Source of the DNA: an uncultured virus (IMG/VR IMGVR_UViG_3300027374_000004)
Taxonomy: Duplodnaviria > Heunggongvirae > Uroviricota > Caudoviricetes
Reading direction: 5' to 3' (one strand)
Length of the DNA: 64,000 nucleotides
IMG/VR virus record: IMGVR_UViG_3300027374_000004
Numbering within the stretch: the stretch's first letter is position 1; every line of letters starts with the position of its first letter. The position numbers and the translations under genes are program-made. The notes under the pieces are model-generated. The model made no database searches, was not told where the DNA came from, and saw nothing but the letters and a program-made list of their open reading frames with translations. Below, piece after piece: positions 54,795 to 63,758 of this stretch.

Positions 54795-55307
54795 TCAGTG
54801 AAGAACCAGCAATGCACCATTCGGTGCAGTCTGGACCTTGTAATTTTGCAAATCTTGCTCTTTAACATACTTCCTGTCGAAATGTTCTTTCATGCTGTTC
54901 CAAACTGCCCAGGGAACCCGATATACCCCTCCGGATACAAAGCCCACAACCACATAGCAGCGAGCCCCCAAGGCCTCATTCTTGGTCATGTACTCAGCCT
55001 GTCCGGGTGTTACCCTATCCTGGGTCAAACGGTCCGTAAGGGTATATTTTGCCTCAATCATGACCGCACGACCTCCCTTGATCACGCCTTTGTAGTCTGG
55101 TTGAGCTTTTTTTACATACACCGCCAGAAATCTACCATCTTTCAAATCCTTATAGGCCCTGATCGGCTCTGGTGTCTTTTCGATGATTGCCAATCCGCAG
55201 GATTCATAATAGGCAAACGCAGCATCTAAACGCTGTTCAAACCGCTTTCCCATTGCCTTATTTACCGCACCACGTCGGCGATAATCGGCCCTGGTGTCTG
55301 TTACCAT
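54795..55307 (-). CDS. recU: Holliday junction resolvase RecU
   Basis: G..FE, K.P.P, PDY.G, EAK and Q..Y motifs. Confidence 0.88.
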   Translation of the reverse strand: MVTDTRADYRRRGAVNKAMGKRFEQRLDAAFAYYESCGLAIIEKTPEPIRAYKDLKDGRFLAVYVKKAQPDYKGVIKGGRAVMIEAKYTLTDRLTQDRVTPGQAEYMTKNEALGARCYVVVGFVSGGVYRVPWAVWNSMKEHFDRKYVKEQDLQNYKVQTAPNGALLVLH

Positions 55308-55801
55308 TATGGCAACTCCTTTCTTGTGCTTCTCCCGAGCAAAGATGTGTTATTGGCCCTGAGCATTGCGCAATAAGCTCTCCTGAACCCCTCAATATTC
55401 CAAGAATCATCATTGTCAGTCAGATATTGGTAGCCTCCCATGGCGTCAATAACCATTTTTGCAGGAGATTCTGCCGGAAGACTCTTGTAGAAGCTCTCAC
55501 AGGTGCCACCCAAAATTTGTTCGCTATTCAATGCCCAGAAGGTTTCCATGACGAACTCTCGCACCTCATCTTTGAACTCTTTGGCTTTGCCGATGAATTC
55601 TGCGATGGTAGGCGGATACTTTGACGATCTGCACAGTTTAAGTACGGCTTGCTTACCCGTCCAAAAATCAATATCTTCCGTGCAGGCTGTCCAAAGCTCT
55701 ATCGTTGGTCCAAGAACCGAAATTCCACCTTTGAACATTTCAGCGTTAGGCCACGCCAGCATCATCACGGAGAAGATTTCTGTCATTTCTTTTCGGGTCA
55801 C
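55307..55801 (-). CDS. Helicase loader/inhibitor (G39P-like)
   Basis: MTR.E, W....D and PPTIAE motifs; follows the initiator. Confidence 0.75.
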   Translation of the reverse strand: MTRKEMTEIFSVMMLAWPNAEMFKGGISVLGPTIELWTACTEDIDFWTGKQAVLKLCRSSKYPPTIAEFIGKAKEFKDEVREFVMETFWALNSEQILGGTCESFYKSLPAESPAKMVIDAMGGYQYLTDNDDSWNIEGFRRAYCAMLRANNTSLLGRSTRKELP

Positions 55802-56718
55802 GTGTCATCACCAAACATTTCATGTAACTGCCGCAAATCGTCCATTGCAGAACTCTTCCTGCTCTTGTCTCGGTCATTGTCATAGTTCCCTTCCAAAATC
55901 TTCTGCCAGTTAGCTGGTTTCAGAATCCAGTCCAGAGAGCAGCCGGCCCATGTGCCGGAGCGCCCAGTCAGAAAATCGCTTCGCTCTATTTTTTTGCAGA
56001 CATCACGAAACTCTTCCTGGCTTACTTTCTTGGATCGGAGAGCCTTTTTCCTTGCTTCTGTCCAGTTGACCGTTTTTTGAGGTTTTGGTAACGATGGGCA
56101 GTTCTCACAGAAGATCTCTCGATATTCGTCATAGGGAAAGGGATTCACGGTAGCCGCATCTTGCGGCGTTTCCTTTCCTTCCCCTACGACCCTATCTTTT
56201 TCTTTACTATCCTTACCTAACCTAGACTTACCTACCTTATACTTACCTAACCTATACTGTTGTGACATTTTGGCATCGCCTGGGTGACACTCGGGTGACA
56301 CTTGGGCGTCATCTTGACGACATTCCGGAAAACCTTTGTCACCGTCCTCCGGAAGCTCAGGCACAACATCTACCGGGTGATCTGTATAAGCTCCGTCTGG
56401 CTTGAGGTAAAGAGTACTTTTTTCTTCTTGGTACAGAGTAGGCTTTATGCGCTCTTTGCGCAGAGCATTGGATATTCGCCAGTGTTTGATAACAATTACT
56501 CCGCTCTGGAAAGCTAAGACAAACCGTTTCGCTATCAAAAGCTTCAGGTCGTCATCTGCGGCCCCGATAAGCCTTTGTATGCGTTTAGGACTGCTGACAA
56601 AGCCTTCGTCGTCTGCCCGTATTCCAAGATGGAAATACAAAGCCTGTGCAGACAGTGGCATATCCAAAAAGGCGTCTGTGTCCACAATGACTTTAGCAAA
56701 CATTCTGCGTTCCGCCAC
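55798..56718 (-). CDS. Replisome organizer/replication initiator
   Basis: MAERRMFAK.I..D.FL.MP.SAQALYFHL...ADD.G; DW......KILEGNY. Confidence 0.9.
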   Translation of the reverse strand: MAERRMFAKVIVDTDAFLDMPLSAQALYFHLGIRADDEGFVSSPKRIQRLIGAADDDLKLLIAKRFVLAFQSGVIVIKHWRISNALRKERIKPTLYQEEKSTLYLKPDGAYTDHPVDVVPELPEDGDKGFPECRQDDAQVSPECHPGDAKMSQQYRLGKYKVGKSRLGKDSKEKDRVVGEGKETPQDAATVNPFPYDEYREIFCENCPSLPKPQKTVNWTEARKKALRSKKVSQEEFRDVCKKIERSDFLTGRSGTWAGCSLDWILKPANWQKILEGNYDNDRDKSRKSSAMDDLRQLHEMFGDDT

Positions 56719-56730
56719 GCTACCACCTCC

Positions 56731-57191
56731 TTAGAACGGCAGATCATCGTCGTCATGCAGAATCTCCTCAAAATCATCACTGCTTTCGCTGGGGTAAGCA
56801 GAAGATGAATCGCTGGATACCGGGTGCTGCTCTGAGGGAGTTTCAGAACTCTGCCGCTGGCCTTCGCCCTGCTTGTCTCCGGCAAAGCTAAAACATAATT
56901 GGCTTTGATTTCGACCGCTTTGCGCTTATTTCCCTGCTTGTCCTCGTACATTCGTGTTTGTATTTCTCCGGCTACACCTATCATTTTTCCTTTTGAGAAA
57001 TGCCTGCACACAAAATCAGCGGTACTCCGCCAGGCCACCACGTCGATAAAATCAGCCTGCCGCTCTTGCCTCCGCGGAACATAGTTCCTGTCTACCGCCA
57101 CGGAGAACGAACAGACAGAAACTCCGTTTTGTGTGGTTTTTAATTCTGGGTCAGCTGTCAGCCGCCCCATGATCGCAACGACGTTAAGCAT
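56731..57191 (-). pseudogene. ssb: Single-stranded DNA-binding protein, frameshifted near 56890
   Basis: MLN....GRL..DPEL OB fold; the tail SFAGDK...DDDDLPF* lies in another frame. Confidence 0.85.
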
Positions 57192-57402
57192 CTGCTTTCC
57201 CGCCTTTCTTTGGGAACACATAGGCTGCCGTAGTGCAAATCGCAAACGATGTATCGTTGTCATGGTACGCATTGCGCAATACCATGAGCTCAGTTTCGGC
57301 ACGCACAAGCTGTTCAAACCTTGATGCAGGAATGGTCACCAAATCTTCTCTTTCCTGTGGTTCCATATTCTGGGTCGGATTATTTTTGCAATGAACATTC
57401 AT
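57184..57402 (-). CDS. Hypothetical protein
   Basis: ORF in operon orientation overlapping the ssb start. Confidence 0.55.
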   Translation of the reverse strand: MNVHCKNNPTQNMEPQEREDLVTIPASRFEQLVRAETELMVLRNAYHDNDTSFAICTTAAYVFPKKGGKADA

Positions 57403-57437
57403 ATTGCTACCTCGTTTCATAGATTATTTACACATCT

Positions 57438-57935
57438 TCATTGTTCGGGGATGTCTATAACGATTCCCAACTCTTGTGCCTCAGCAATAGCGCCGTCAAT
57501 CAGATCTGACATCTCAGCTGTAGTCATATCCCGGGTACGCTTATACAGTTTGTAGCAGGCAAAGCGTATTCCGTTCTCCACTCGTGAATCAAACTGAACA
57601 GCGTATGGGTATATTTTGGTGACATCGGTGTTTTCCGGCAATTTGATACCCATCACACTTCCGTCATCATTTCGAGCTAAAACGCCATATTGGCAGACAA
57701 GCCAGATCTTTGCAGCGTCCTCGCTCATTTTTGACTTCCGGGCAATCTGATTGAGTAGGGTATGGAAATAGGCATTGGACTTATTGGATCGCTTTTCTCG
57801 GTGCTGATTTATCTCCACGTCCAGCTCCTTGCCGTGGAGGTGATCAAATTCCTCACGAAAATCCGCATCAACTTCCACGGTAAGACGCTGTTTGCCATTC
57901 AGACCGACACTCATATCGATAAGGCGGCCTGTCAT
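57438..57935 (-). CDS. NinB/Orf-like recombination protein
   Basis: KRS...NAYFH.L and M...EM..LI........LGI motifs. Confidence 0.8.
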   Translation of the reverse strand: MTGRLIDMSVGLNGKQRLTVEVDADFREEFDHLHGKELDVEINQHREKRSNKSNAYFHTLLNQIARKSKMSEDAAKIWLVCQYGVLARNDDGSVMGIKLPENTDVTKIYPYAVQFDSRVENGIRFACYKLYKRTRDMTTAEMSDLIDGAIAEAQELGIVIDIPEQ

Positions 57936-58543
57936 AGAGATTTCCACTTAGCCCTGTAAAGGCTCATCAGGTCTGTACTTTCGAGCCACTGCAGGAAATC
58001 TGCAATGATAGGGTAAATGCTGGGAGTTTCTTCCCTCCGGTATGTTTCCTGCCAGACCTCCGATCCATTGCTGATAAGGTATGTGAAGTCCTGCGCTTCC
58101 GGTACCAGTTCCAGATATACCGGGTGCTGAGTGCTAGAAACATACTTGCCTCGGTCATACCCTTTGGAGAATTTAATATCGTAAATGTGACCAGATTTGA
58201 GTGCGTCCAATCTGCCATATAACACAAGATCCATTCCCGATACAGAAACTTGCTTGCTGGCTTTGTGCTGCAGAGAACCGTTCTGCACAATTCTGGCTAT
58301 CTTCTCCGCGGCTTCATACCAGCGGTTTCCGAGATCTCCGTAGCCCTTGGTGATATCTGTGACCAAATTCTCGAAGTCAATACCATTTTGCATGGCTTCG
58401 TTCGATGTTGTAGGTTCACGCCGCAGCGTGACAAGAAATTCTTCCATGGGATCGAATTCTGTAGTCAAATCCTCATAGGGATTTTCTTTCATGAGATACA
58501 ACCAAGAGGACAAAAGGGAATGTGTCAAGAGATAGCTATCCAT
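57932..58543 (-). CDS. Putative PD-(D/E)xK exonuclease
   Basis: G..FE, G.LD, IYDIK and QH..Y motifs; next to the recombinase. Confidence 0.7.
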   Translation of the reverse strand: MDSYLLTHSLLSSWLYLMKENPYEDLTTEFDPMEEFLVTLRREPTTSNEAMQNGIDFENLVTDITKGYGDLGNRWYEAAEKIARIVQNGSLQHKASKQVSVSGMDLVLYGRLDALKSGHIYDIKFSKGYDRGKYVSSTQHPVYLELVPEAQDFTYLISNGSEVWQETYRREETPSIYPIIADFLQWLESTDLMSLYRAKWKSL

Positions 58544-59523
58544 CAGGATTCCCCCTCGGCGGTGGACTGCGGCTCTTCTGTAGGCTCGGGATTCGGCTCA
58601 AAATAGAGCTTTGCCTCTTTGTCGTACACCAGATTGAGTGCTGAGATACGATCACGGAACAGATCTTTCAGTTCTCGCTCAGATGTGAGGGCATGCTGGA
58701 TTTCTTTCATTTTCCCGCCAGCAATGTTTGCCGTTTCTGCACTGACAATAGAATTGATAATCTCCCGGCCGGCAGTCATGGCGATATCGTACAGTGCCTG
58801 CATCTCTTCATTCTTCTGAACTTCCTGCGCTGCCGCTGAATTGTACTGGTCAAACAGTTTAGTCAGGAAATCATTGGGAGCAGTAGGGGAAAGGGCGGGA
58901 ATTTTGTGTTTCCCGTAAACACCACGGGTGCCCTTGGCGAAGTACCGTTCGCAGTTGGAAAATCCGATGGTGTGGTTGTTGCCTTCCATTTCCACAAACC
59001 CGCCCAAGTCCATAGGTTCCCAGACGTTGTTTTTGGTCTGCCCTTCAACTTTGATACGAAGACGGGTATTGTCGCCGTCCTTTTCTTCTGTGGCGTGGAA
59101 TACGATGACGATATGTTTTTGAAGCTCGTAGAAGCAGTAATCCATCAGGCGGACGAACTCCTTGCCTACAGCGCCGTACCCCTTGAGAGACAGGCTTCCA
59201 TCACGCTGGCCATACTTCGGATCTTTCTTGATTGCCCAAAGGGACATCAGAGAAATCAGCTTGCCTCCGGTATCAAAAACCAGCGTGTCAAAGTCCTTGA
59301 CATTTTCCGGGGTCAAATCTGCCAGGATCTCGTCGTAGTCCTTGGGTTGGATATAGGGCTTGCGGTAACGTGGTTCAATTCGGTCAATGCCAAAGTCCAC
59401 ATCGATATGTAAGGGATTGGGGGCAGACAGCGCCAGTGTGGATTTTCCTATGCCAGGGTATCCGGCAATCAGGATTCGGATTTTTTTGTTGCCTTCTTTT
59501 ATGTCGTTGGGATTTCTGATCAT
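58543..59523 (-). CDS. AAA ATPase, Sak4-like recombinase
   Basis: GYPGIGKST, D.D.G, FDT and VFH motifs. Confidence 0.88.
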   Translation of the reverse strand: MIRNPNDIKEGNKKIRILIAGYPGIGKSTLALSAPNPLHIDVDFGIDRIEPRYRKPYIQPKDYDEILADLTPENVKDFDTLVFDTGGKLISLMSLWAIKKDPKYGQRDGSLSLKGYGAVGKEFVRLMDYCFYELQKHIVIVFHATEEKDGDNTRLRIKVEGQTKNNVWEPMDLGGFVEMEGNNHTIGFSNCERYFAKGTRGVYGKHKIPALSPTAPNDFLTKLFDQYNSAAAQEVQKNEEMQALYDIAMTAGREIINSIVSAETANIAGGKMKEIQHALTSERELKDLFRDRISALNLVYDKEAKLYFEPNPEPTEEPQSTAEGES

Positions 59524-59537
59524 GGTGAATGCTCCTT

Positions 59538-59798
59538 TCAGTCCATCTGTTCTCGGTTGATGGTAACCGTGATTTTTTCATGGCAGCGGAAACCAAAATT
59601 TCCGCAAGCGAACATTCTTGTATTCCGAAACGATGCTTCATCGTAGTGTGATGTACAGTTTAACAGGCCACTGGTTTGGTCCGGGTGATACATTCGGAAC
59701 ACGGTGCAGGCGAGGCTTCTATTGGGCGCCTCAATCTCTGTCCAGCCTCCATAAAATGCGTGACCGGAGGTGCCATAGGTGAAGTAGAATTTGCTCAT
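59538..59798 (-). CDS. Hypothetical protein
   Basis: FYFTYG, GGW.E..AP and FR..HP patterns. Confidence 0.72.
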   Translation of the reverse strand: MSKFYFTYGTSGHAFYGGWTEIEAPNRSLACTVFRMYHPDQTSGLLNCTSHYDEASFRNTRMFACGNFGFRCHEKITVTINREQMD

Positions 59799-59802
59799 GC
59801 AC

Positions 59803-60075
59803 TCACCCCTCAAAAGCAACGCCGCATTCTTCAAGCAAGTCCAAAAACCGGTCCTGGAATGTTTGAGTATTCTTTGCAGGCTGTTCGTTCGCATTGATTT
59901 CAAATCCATGCCGCTCCAAACATTCCCTGCAAATATCAATGCGCAGCGGAGTGTAGTATGATCCGGTTTCTCGGAAAATACGGATTTTTCCGGTGTCTCT
60001 GACTTCAAACGAAGCCATATCGTTTGCTTCCTTCTCCTTTCCACATACGTCACAGTAGGTCTTGGTCTTGGTCAT
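59803..60075 (-). CDS. Hypothetical Cys-containing protein
   Basis: CDVCG and DICREC motifs; SD present. Confidence 0.7.
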   Translation of the reverse strand: MTKTKTYCDVCGKEKEANDMASFEVRDTGKIRIFRETGSYYTPLRIDICRECLERHGFEINANEQPAKNTQTFQDRFLDLLEECGVAFEG

Positions 60076-60090
60076 TTCGATTTGCTCCTT

Positions 60091-60639
60091 TCAAATTTGC
60101 TCGGTAGCCAGGTATTGGCGTACTTTTTGAGAGATCCATTCCTGAGTGGTAATTCCATCAGCCCGTAAACGCTGTTGCAACGCCCCATAGTCCTCATTTG
60201 AGAGGCGGCAGGTGATACGACACTTCAAGCGGTGTTCGTAGCTCTTACGGGGCGTTTGCGGCCCATTTCCGGCCGGAGGCTCGTCATCTTTCATTTGCCG
60301 GCCAAATACATCATTCAGTGCCACTATAGCGTCTGGCCTGAGGGTAATCCCGTATTCCTCTCCACGCTCACATTTGCTTTGGAGGGTTTTGTCGTATTTG
60401 GGATAAAGCCTCTTTACCGTCAAAACCATTTCCTTGGCAGAAGCGCCGCTTTCCTGCCGGAGACTTCTCAGGTTGAAGTCCTTGACAGCCGGCGCCGGGA
60501 CTGATAGAATAACACTGTGTTCTTTTGTTTGGGGTCGTTCCGGGTCAAGCGGAGCGGCCTCTTTCTTTTTTCGCTGACAATCGCAGAGTTCCCCCGGATC
60601 GAGGTTGGCGCCACAATGAAGGCAAGTTTTGAAAATCAA
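60091..60639 (-). CDS. Hypothetical DNA-binding protein
   Basis: C..CGANLDPGE.CDC; YPK.DK.LQSKCE; RHH-like C-terminus. Confidence 0.72.
   Translation of the reverse strand: MIFKTCLHCGANLDPGELCDCQRKKKEAAPLDPERPQTKEHSVILSVPAPAVKDFNLRSLRQESGASAKEMVLTVKRLYPKYDKTLQSKCERGEEYGITLRPDAIVALNDVFGRQMKDDEPPAGNGPQTPRKSYEHRLKCRITCRLSNEDYGALQQRLRADGITTQEWISQKVRQYLATEQI
60482..60571 (+). promoter_or_regulatory. Intragenic antisense promoter plus terminator
   Basis: TTGACA-17-TAGAAT with extended -10 TG; hairpin GGGGTCGTTCC/GGAGCGGCCTC plus T tract. Confidence 0.7.
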
Positions 60640-61010
60640 CTCTCATCACCGCCCCCAAAGGATTTGATCCAATCGGTAGCCTGCTTGGAAATCTCTGCCG
60701 CCTCTTCGTCAGATAAGCCCACGATATCCGGCTCGCCGTTCTCGTACCCGTCTTTCATGATGATGATGTTTCCCACGATGGGGCTGCCATGAATTTGGGT
60801 TCGGTAAAGAAAGCTTCCGTAAGCGTTCATGGGCAATCCCATCAGAAGTCCTTCCTCATTGCACAGTAAGCAGTAGGGTCTTTTCAGGCCTCCGGGCCAA
60901 ACATGCTCCATGTACCCGCCGAGGATCTCCTTGGCACCCTGGAACAGGGGTTCTGAAAGCTCTACCGGGTAAACTTTGTTGTCCGTGGTGATTACTACTC
61001 CTTTTTTCAT
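60636..61010 (-). CDS. DUF3846-like protein
   Basis: GGY.E.V, NEEG....LP.N and I.G.I motifs. Confidence 0.8.
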   Translation of the reverse strand: MKKGVVITTDNKVYPVELSEPLFQGAKEILGGYMEHVWPGGLKRPYCLLCNEEGLLMGLPMNAYGSFLYRTQIHGSPIVGNIIIMKDGYENGEPDIVGLSDEEAAEISKQATDWIKSFGGGDES

Positions 61011-61022
61011 GTTTTGCTCCTT

Positions 61023-61280
61023 TCAATTTTTTAGGGAATTTTCGGGCAGTTCTCTTGATATCACCCCCTCTCTGCTGTTAGGATATACGATGCGCCCCCT
61101 TGCAACGGGAGGCTCATACTTCCTTTTGATCTTTCGCACCTTCACAGGCGGCGGAAGCCTGTCCGGGTCAGATATCTTTGCCAGCCACCGTTCCAACCGA
61201 TATACTGTCAAAATCAGTACGCCTATTGCCAGGAACACAATTCCGGCAAATCCCCAAACTTCATTCGCCGTTTTCCTCAA
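61023..61280 (-). CDS. Hypothetical membrane protein
   Basis: One N-terminal TM helix; 4-nt overlap with the upstream gene. Confidence 0.6.
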   Translation of the reverse strand: MRKTANEVWGFAGIVFLAIGVLILTVYRLERWLAKISDPDRLPPPVKVRKIKRKYEPPVARGRIVYPNSREGVISRELPENSLKN

Positions 61281-61534
61281 CTCCTTTCCCGTCCGAATAT
61301 GGCAAGGATTTGACTATCAGACCAGTGGAGGGTATTGAACAACTTACGTAATTCCCTCAGCTGGAAAGAGCCGGGATTCTTCACTCGGGTATACACCGTG
61401 TTTACATGGACGTTCAGGATCGGCGCCAGCTCCTTATAGTCGTCTGTGCCTTTTTCCATCAGCAGGGTTCCTTTGATCCCTGCCCTAACACTGTCATCAG
61501 CTCGATCCTGAACGCTCTTTCTCAGTTTTGGCAC
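61277..61534 (-). CDS. HTH-like hypothetical protein
   Basis: ELA..L.V...T.Y.R...P..F.L.EL pattern. Confidence 0.7.
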   Translation of the reverse strand: MPKLRKSVQDRADDSVRAGIKGTLLMEKGTDDYKELAPILNVHVNTVYTRVKNPGSFQLRELRKLFNTLHWSDSQILAIFGRERS

Positions 61535-61591
61535 ACAAATTTACTCCTTTCAAATGCTCTTTAAGAGCACCACAGCGAGACATTTAAGGTC

Positions 61592-61870
61592 TCACCCCAT
61601 CAGCAGATAGGCGACGACGACGCCCAGGATAATTGCCATACCCACGACAGCAATCAGCAGTCCCGTCAAATAGCTGCGTACCTCAAGACTATCCTCTATA
61701 CACCACCTGCGAATCCGGTCACAATTTTCACGATTTTCTTGACTTAGCTTCTGGAAGGTTTTTATGAGATCGTCCATTTTCGCAGAAGCATCTTTGTAGG
61801 CCATTTCGTAGTGATCTATGGTGGCATTTTTGGTATCATTCTCACCAGACAAGGGGCACTTAAATTCCAT
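61592..61870 (-). CDS. Hypothetical membrane-anchored protein
   Basis: GGAGGTG SD; C-terminal TM helix. Confidence 0.65.
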   Translation of the reverse strand: MEFKCPLSGENDTKNATIDHYEMAYKDASAKMDDLIKTFQKLSQENRENCDRIRRWCIEDSLEVRSYLTGLLIAVVGMAIILGVVVAYLLMG

Positions 61871-61901
61871 TTAATTCACCTCCTTGTTTTCGTCTAAACA
61901 T

Positions 61902-62105
61902 TTAGACGTTTTCGGTAAAAAAAAGATCTGCTACTGTTGTGCCAAGAGCTTTTGCAATTTTTGCAAGGGTTTTGGTAGTCGCCTCTTTAGAATCATCGTT
62001 TTCGATCATAGAAATTGTTTGACGACTCACGCCACTTCGCTCGGCAAGTTCTTCTTGGGACATTTTTTTTGCCTTACGAAATTCCTTGATTTTGTATCCC
62101 ATCAA
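61902..62105 (-). CDS. Cro-like repressor
   Basis: MSQEELAERSGVSRQTISMIE; divergent from CI. Confidence 0.9.
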   Translation of the reverse strand: MMGYKIKEFRKAKKMSQEELAERSGVSRQTISMIENDDSKEATTKTLAKIAKALGTTVADLFFTENV

Positions 62106-62121
62106 ATTCCCACCTCCGTTC

Positions 62122-62243
62122 CGTCTAAATGTTTTGACATTTTAATAATACAGCCGGCTCCTGCTGTTGTCAAGTGCTTTTTACAGATTCTGTCAAAAAT
62201 TTTTTACATTCCCCTTGACAACGCCATATCTACAATGTAAAAT
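62122..62243. promoter_or_regulatory. Immunity switch: divergent promoters and operators
   Basis: Minus TTGACA-17-TATTAT (62173-62145), plus TTGACA-17-TAAAAT (62215-62243); 18-bp YGTCWA-N6-TWKACR sites at 62122, 62168, 62191 and 61891. Confidence 0.8.
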
Positions 62244-62273
62244 CTTATTGTCAAGTAGAAAGAGGGGGAGCAC

Positions 62274-62900
62274 ATGACATTAGCCAAATTGATTTCAGAA
62301 TACAGGAAATCACATGGATTTTCTCAGCGACAAATGGGAGCTCAATGCGGCTTGTCAACTGGCTATATTTCCTTAATTGAAAAAGAAGTAAATCCACAAA
62401 CGGGAAAGCAAATGATTCCCACCCTTAATGTCTTAAACAAAATTGCAAAGGGCATGAATATGACGATTGATGAGCTCTTTTCCGTGTGTGACGATATGCC
62501 CGTCAATACAAGTGAAAGCGAAACTGAATCAGAGCCAAGTTTTACAGGAGAACAAATTGGTCACCGCATCAAAGAGTGCCGTGAAAGAATTGGTATAACT
62601 CAAACTGATCTTGCTAACTCAATCGGTGAATTAAAGCAAACAATATATAAATATGAATCTGGTTTTATTGAAAATATCCCGATTAAGAAGCTGGTGCTTA
62701 TAGCTGAACATTTGAAAGTGTCTCCAGGTTACCTTATGGGCTGGGAAGAACACCCGGATCAAAAAGAAAAACCTGCCCCCAAGGAAGGGGACAAGCTTAG
62801 TTTGGAGATTATGAATTTGTTTTTTTCGTTGCCGGAAGAGAAGCAGCGGGAGGCCTTACACTATCTCCGCTATCTTGCAGAGAGCGAAGGAAGGAAATAA
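62274..62900 (+). CDS. CI-like repressor with two tandem XRE HTH domains
   Basis: SQRQMG..CGLS.GYIS.IE and TQ.DLA..IG..KQTIYKYE.G; no S24 peptidase domain. Confidence 0.9.
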   Translation: MTLAKLISEYRKSHGFSQRQMGAQCGLSTGYISLIEKEVNPQTGKQMIPTLNVLNKIAKGMNMTIDELFSVCDDMPVNTSESETESEPSFTGEQIGHRIKECRERIGITQTDLANSIGELKQTIYKYESGFIENIPIKKLVLIAEHLKVSPGYLMGWEEHPDQKEKPAPKEGDKLSLEIMNLFFSLPEEKQREALHYLRYLAESEGRK

Positions 62901-62970
62901 GCGCAAGCTTCTTTTCGTTTGACAGAGCGCAAATTTCCCGGTACATGAGATCCAGTTCTTTCACATTCAA
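62809..62970 (-). CDS. Small protein resembling the CI C-terminal domain (putative antirepressor)
   Basis: TTG start after AGAAGTGA; ALSNEKKLALISFLRSLQDSG versus CI SLPEEKQREALHYLRYLAESEG. Confidence 0.55.
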   Translation of the reverse strand: MNVKELDLMYREICALSNEKKLALISFLRSLQDSGDSVRPPAASLPATKKTNS

Positions 62971-63128
62971 GACAATCACTTCTTTCTGTTTTGCTGTGCT
63001 CGGGAGGTGAAAGAATTGTAGCAAAATCTACAGGACTTTGCTTGAAGATGGAAGATTATAACACATGGCCGAAACCGGCAACATTATGTTGCGGTTGAAA
63101 TAAAATAAGCATACAACGAGGGGATTGC

Positions 63129-63602
63129 ATGGAAGAAAAAAAGTATGAAATTGAAGTACCATTATCCTATGGATCGCTTTGTATTGATGGAAGTAATCTT
63201 ATCATTGTACAAAAGAAATCCGAAGAAATAATTCCTATTGCAAATATTCAATCTTTCTATCTGTCTGAGCCAAAAGGTTATGTTAGACCTAGGGGGAAAA
63301 TCAAATTCACAACTGCGGCACATGGAACCGTGGATATTGTCAATTTAGGATTTGGAATAAGTAGTGCTTCTGACAGCGGACGTCAATTCGTTTATTATGA
63401 AGAAGATTATGAGGCCGCAAAGCAAATGAGAGATTACATTTCAAATTTTAACTCCACACCCAAAAATGTGAATGTACAGCCTCACAAAGAGGAACCGGTA
63501 TCTACAGCAGATGAGATTAGAAAGTTAAAAGCATTGCTTGACGAAGGAATATTGACCCAAGAAGAGTTTGCGGCCAAGAAGAAGCAACTGCTAAACCTAT
63601 AA
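63129..63602 (+). CDS. SHOCT-domain protein
   Basis: ADEIRKLKALLDEGILTQEEFAAKKKQLL C-terminus. Confidence 0.9.
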   Translation: MEEKKYEIEVPLSYGSLCIDGSNLIIVQKKSEEIIPIANIQSFYLSEPKGYVRPRGKIKFTTAAHGTVDIVNLGFGISSASDSGRQFVYYEEDYEAAKQMRDYISNFNSTPKNVNVQPHKEEPVSTADEIRKLKALLDEGILTQEEFAAKKKQLLNL

Positions 63603-63758
63603 AAATAGAAAATGCCCTCCGGCGCTACCAACACCAGAGGGCAAGGAGATCTACCGGCGGGAACCGGCAGAATAATCGTGCAAATATATTGTACCGCTTC
63701 CCGCCAAAAAAATCAAGGCGGGATTTTTGCGCCCTTTTTTAGGAGGTATAGGTACAAT

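Noticed and set aside
62900..63130. LexA (GAAC-N4-GTTC) box controlling induction
   Set aside because: No matching site seen in the immunity region
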